Below, piece after piece: positions 60,527-64,000 of a DNA stretch of 64,000 nt. This DNA is from a bacterium (GTDB lineage Bacteria > Electryoneota > Electryoneia > Electryoneales > Electryoneaceae): contig OY769902.1 in the NCBI GenBank assembly GCA_963669175.1, positions 2,240,001 through 2,304,000 of the forward strand, in the 5' to 3' direction. The notes below the pieces were generated by a model, which did no database searches, was not told the DNA's origin, and saw only the letters and a list, made by a program, of their open reading frames with translations. The position numbers and the translations under genes were made by a program. The first letter of the stretch is position 1. Every line of letters starts with the position of its first letter.

Positions 60527-62437
60527 TCAGACCGTCATCGCAGCTTTCCAGCCTTCCTTGACCGCATCGTAGATCTGGCGCGGTTGGGAAGCATCCCCAA
60601 CGACCTGCACCGAGATGCCGTGCTCACGCAGCACAGCGCTCAACTCATCAACCGGGCTGGCTCCAACCGCTGCGACCACCGAATCAAACGGACCGATCTC
60701 ACTACGTTGCCCGCGCGATTCAATGGTCGCCATACCATCACGCATGTAGACCAGCCTGGTGTCCGTATGAATCTCCACTTTCGCAGCGGTCAGTTGCTTC
60801 ATCGCCAGTTTTCGGCTGACCGGTTCCATGTCACGTGCGATCTCTTCCAGCATTTCGACTATGACCGGGGTTTTGCCCGCCTTGAGCAGGAATTCCGCGG
60901 ATTCCACACCGACCAGCCCGCCACCGACAATAAGCACACGTTCACCCGGATCATGCCGTTCCGTCAGGATATCCTCACCGGTCAGGATACGGTCCAAGCC
61001 ATCCACTGAGATCAGGCGTGGTTGAGAACCGGTTGCCAGGATAACTTCGTCCGGACGTTCATTTATAATCCGTTTCAGGTCCGCTTTGGTGTTCTTATGG
61101 AGGGTGATATTCGCACGTTCTGCCGCGTTTACCAGGTAACTGAAGGGCCGATGCATCCGTTCCTTGCCCGGCACCAGGAATGCCAGCTCGAACTGACCGC
61201 CGAGATGATCACGCGCCTCAAACAGGGTCACACGATGGCCACGTTGTGAAGCTGTAAGCGCTGCCTGTAAACCGGCCGGACCACCACCGATTACAACGAT
61301 TTGCTTTTTCGTTGAGGGGGCTTCCTGTACACGACCTTCAGCGCCGACTTCCGGATTGATAATGCAACCGATGCCAACGCCTGTCTTTACTTTCAACAAA
61401 CAGCCTTGCAGGCAATGGCCGCAATAGGCTATTTCTTCGTCACGGTTTGCCAGCATTTTATCTGGGAGGTCCGGATCAGCGACCAGCGCGCGTCCCAGGG
61501 CAACCGCATCTGCTGCTCCGGAAGCCAGTGTCTCCTCAATCTTGTCCGGATCACCCATACGTCCCGCCACAATAACCGGCAGCTTTGTTGACTGCTTTAT
61601 TGCGGCGCAGAGTTCTTCGTTTTTCCCGGCGGGCAAGGCCATGTGCTGGTAGTACCAGGGCGGGGTATCGCAGGCGGACCCGGTGACAACGTGCAATGCG
61701 CTGACACCTTCTGCTTCCAGAAACGCTGCCATCTGTTTGGCGTCGTCCAGCGTCAGACCGCCCTCAACTTGTTCGGAAGCGGAAATGCGTGCAATGATGG
61801 GAAAGTCAGTGCCGACCATCTTACGGATTGCCTGCAACACTTCCTTACCGAAACGCTGACGATTCTCCGGTGTGCCGCCATAGGCATCCGTACGCTTGTT
61901 GGTGCGTAGCGACCAGAACTGGCTGACCAGGTAGCCCAGCCCGAACTGGATTTCGATAGCATCAAACCCGGCCGATTGCACACGCTTTGCCGCATTTCCG
62001 AACGCCTGCACGATTTCAGCGATGCGTTCAAGGCTGAGTTCTTCCGGTGTCTGACCGGTGGAAGGGCAAGGAACCGGGGAGGGAGCCTCGGCAGGCGCTC
62101 CGGCTGCTTTGGGATTGGCAGCACGTCCGGCATGATTGAGATGAGCTATTGCTACCGCTCCACCCTTGTGGATTACGTCGGCAAGGTTGCGCAAGCTGTC
62201 GATACGTTCATCCGATTCAGCGCCGAGCTGTTTGGGATGCTCACGTCCTCGTCGATCAACGGCTATCGGTTCAGAGATAATGGCACCGGCTCCTCCACGA
62301 GCCCGTCTCTCGAAATAAGCCAGGGTTTGAGGGGTCGTGTCGCCCGCCGGGGTGCCGTAACCCGTTTTTACCGGCGCCATCCAGAGCCGGTTCTTCACCT
62401 GTAACGTACCAATTGTTATAGCGTTAGCAGCCTGCAT
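60527..62437 (-). CDS. NADH:flavin oxidoreductase (old yellow enzyme + FAD/NAD domains, Fe-S)
   Basis: KNRLWMAP, HAGR, RTDAYGG, CGHCLQGC...CIINP and GGGPAG motifs. Confidence 0.93.
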   Translation of the reverse strand: MQAANAITIGTLQVKNRLWMAPVKTGYGTPAGDTTPQTLAYFERRARGGAGAIISEPIAVDRRGREHPKQLGAESDERIDSLRNLADVIHKGGAVAIAHLNHAGRAANPKAAGAPAEAPSPVPCPSTGQTPEELSLERIAEIVQAFGNAAKRVQSAGFDAIEIQFGLGYLVSQFWSLRTNKRTDAYGGTPENRQRFGKEVLQAIRKMVGTDFPIIARISASEQVEGGLTLDDAKQMAAFLEAEGVSALHVVTGSACDTPPWYYQHMALPAGKNEELCAAIKQSTKLPVIVAGRMGDPDKIEETLASGAADAVALGRALVADPDLPDKMLANRDEEIAYCGHCLQGCLLKVKTGVGIGCIINPEVGAEGRVQEAPSTKKQIVVIGGGPAGLQAALTASQRGHRVTLFEARDHLGGQFELAFLVPGKERMHRPFSYLVNAAERANITLHKNTKADLKRIINERPDEVILATGSQPRLISVDGLDRILTGEDILTERHDPGERVLIVGGGLVGVESAEFLLKAGKTPVIVEMLEEIARDMEPVSRKLAMKQLTAAKVEIHTDTRLVYMRDGMATIESRGQRSEIGPFDSVVAAVGASPVDELSAVLREHGISVQVVGDASQPRQIYDAVKEGWKAAMTV

Positions 62438-62553
62438 GTGCCCTCCCGGAAGAAGAAATTGAGTTTGTTTATTCTTTGGATGCACAATGTTTCCAAATGT
62501 TTATCCCTACTTGTGGAAGCACTGGTCCAGAATTCCATCGCAGGCACGACTAG

Positions 62554-63023
62554 CCCGAATATTTCATGAACGGAACATGGATATTCATCTTAACACAGTT
62601 CATATCAACACAATACAACTGATTCATACAGCATTTTTCAGGGGACAGTTTGCTCCGGTATCCCTTTGCGTGTCTATTCCCTGTTTCGCTGGCAAAATAG
62701 GCTGAGAATCGGCAACCGCCCCGGCAGGGGCAACCTGTATTAGCCCCGGGCAGCCGCCGTTAGTTTGGCGGCTACCCGGGGAGATAATGCGCACCATATA
62801 TTTACTCCGTAAGGAGTAACCTGATAATTATCAAAAGTATACAGTGGAAATATTCAGGCAACCCGCTGCCGGGGTTGGCAAGTAGCGTACATCCTATTCC
62901 CACCGTGAGCGCCAAACAGACGGCGCTGGACGGTGGGCTAATACAGAGAACCACTGCCGTGGTTCTTGTACTGGCCATTCCATCAAATACCAAATTTGAA
63001 ATTGCATTGGTGAAATATTCGGG
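62554..63023. mobile_element. MITE-like element with 13-bp TIR CCCGAATATTTCA and CTAG flanks (IS1380-like ends)
   Basis: ctag-cccgaatatttca at 62550-62566 and tgaaatattcggg-ctag at 63011-63027; no transposase inside. Confidence 0.65.
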
Positions 63024-63043
63024 CTAGGGATATGAAACAACAC

Positions 63044-63397
63044 TTATTGTTGTCGCGCCTTGAAAATGACCGATGTTCCCAATTCGATCAGCAGACCCCA
63101 GACAATGCCAGCGAGGATATAAATCCCGGCCACCGCAAAACCGCCTTCACCGGTCCAGATCAGGGGAAGGGCAAGGGGCAGGCTGCCAAGGAATCCCATG
63201 ACGACACCGTGCAAAGCCCATTGCATCTTCCAGGCGGAGATACCGATGACAAAGCCGATAAACATCCGGTTCAGTAAAGCGCTGACAAAGGTCAGCATGC
63301 GAATATCCTCGGGGGTATTGTCATAACCTCCCCACCCGCAGATAACACCCGCAACGGTTCCGAACACCAGTGCGAGCCAGAATCGTTTCGCGTACAT
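63044..63397 (-). CDS. Small hypothetical membrane protein (4 TM)
   Basis: GGAG RBS, hydrophobic helices, NRMFIGFVIG motif. Confidence 0.8.
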   Translation of the reverse strand: MYAKRFWLALVFGTVAGVICGWGGYDNTPEDIRMLTFVSALLNRMFIGFVIGISAWKMQWALHGVVMGFLGSLPLALPLIWTGEGGFAVAGIYILAGIVWGLLIELGTSVIFKARQQ

Positions 63398-63512
63398 ATT
63401 TTCTCCCGGTTGCTTGGTTTTTTAGTAGACTACACAAATGTGCAGTAATAGTAACTGGAAATCAAGAGTAGCCATGAAGAAAAGCGAAAAACTGCTTTTA
63501 CTCCGGAGTATA

Positions 63513-63923
63513 TCAACGAAATGTAGAGGGAAGGCCAACAGAGGGAAGACTGAATCCGTAAAACTCATCCTGTTCGATGTCATAGAGAAGGCGTTGTCCT
63601 CTGCCGCCGGGCATGGCGTTCAAAGAGACTGCTACGATGCTGTCCGGCCAGTAGATCGAGAACTCCCATTGCATCAAGAGAACAGAATCAGGTTCCAGGT
63701 AATGCAGTTCCACGAGCAGGTCGTGGGTGGGAGGATCAACGCGATGATGCGCCAGGTATTGTTGCGTACTGTAATAGAGATCGCCGGTATATTCCATTGC
63801 CTGGTCAACGCTCAGATCGGATAACTTGTCCAGTTCCCCGTAGAGTATCGGAAGAGTTATAACCAGGATGATTATTACCATGACGAAGACAATGACACTT
63901 GTAGCTTTCAGCGCGCGTCCCAT
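63513..63923 (-). CDS. Pilin/pseudopilin-like protein
   Basis: N-terminal hydrophobic helix (VIVFVMVIIILVITLP), then helix plus QWEF...A.S..AMPGG.G...YD domain. Confidence 0.55.
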   Translation of the reverse strand: MGRALKATSVIVFVMVIIILVITLPILYGELDKLSDLSVDQAMEYTGDLYYSTQQYLAHHRVDPPTHDLLVELHYLEPDSVLLMQWEFSIYWPDSIVAVSLNAMPGGRGQRLLYDIEQDEFYGFSLPSVGLPSTFR

Positions 63924-64000
63924 GATCCTGTGATCTCCACGAAGGTTTCACTTCAGGAGTAAAATAGGGGTAATGAAACGCAGTTTCCACGCGGTAAAAG

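Overview
Bacterial chromosomal window with no rRNA, tRNA or CRISPR array that I could recognise. It starts with the 3' end of aprA (APS reductase alpha subunit). It carries housekeeping genes (glgC, deoC, a phosphohexomutase, pdxS/pdxT, rsgA, menA, pepA, panD, tgt, radA, meaB), a GldA/F/G-like ABC operon, an MCP and four secreted proteins with T9SS-type C-terminal sorting domains. Together these suggest an FCB-superphylum organism with dissimilatory sulfur metabolism (inference). The most striking content is non-coding. (1) A REP-associated Y1/HUH tyrosine transposase (RAYT, 2304-2858) has an 81-bp tandem array of GTGG-footed REP hairpins on one side. On the other side is a REP-gene-REP-gene-REP arrangement of AT-rich cargo genes (an FRG-domain protein and a membrane protein) that resembles a cassette array. 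(2) The same REP recurs about 53 kb away in a 543-bp higher-order composite array. (3) Two MITE-like elements with different terminal repeats (IS50/Tn5-like with a 10-bp TSD, and IS1380-like with a CTAG TSD) each contain an inverted pair of one structurally covarying double-hairpin motif. (4) Several further palindromic repeat families fill the intergenic gaps. Also seen: divergent sigma-54 promoters upstream of a triple-CC secreted peptide and a beta-barrel, an A9-tract frameshift, and a probable non-canonical start codon. All calls are from reading the sequence and motif recognition; no searches were run.
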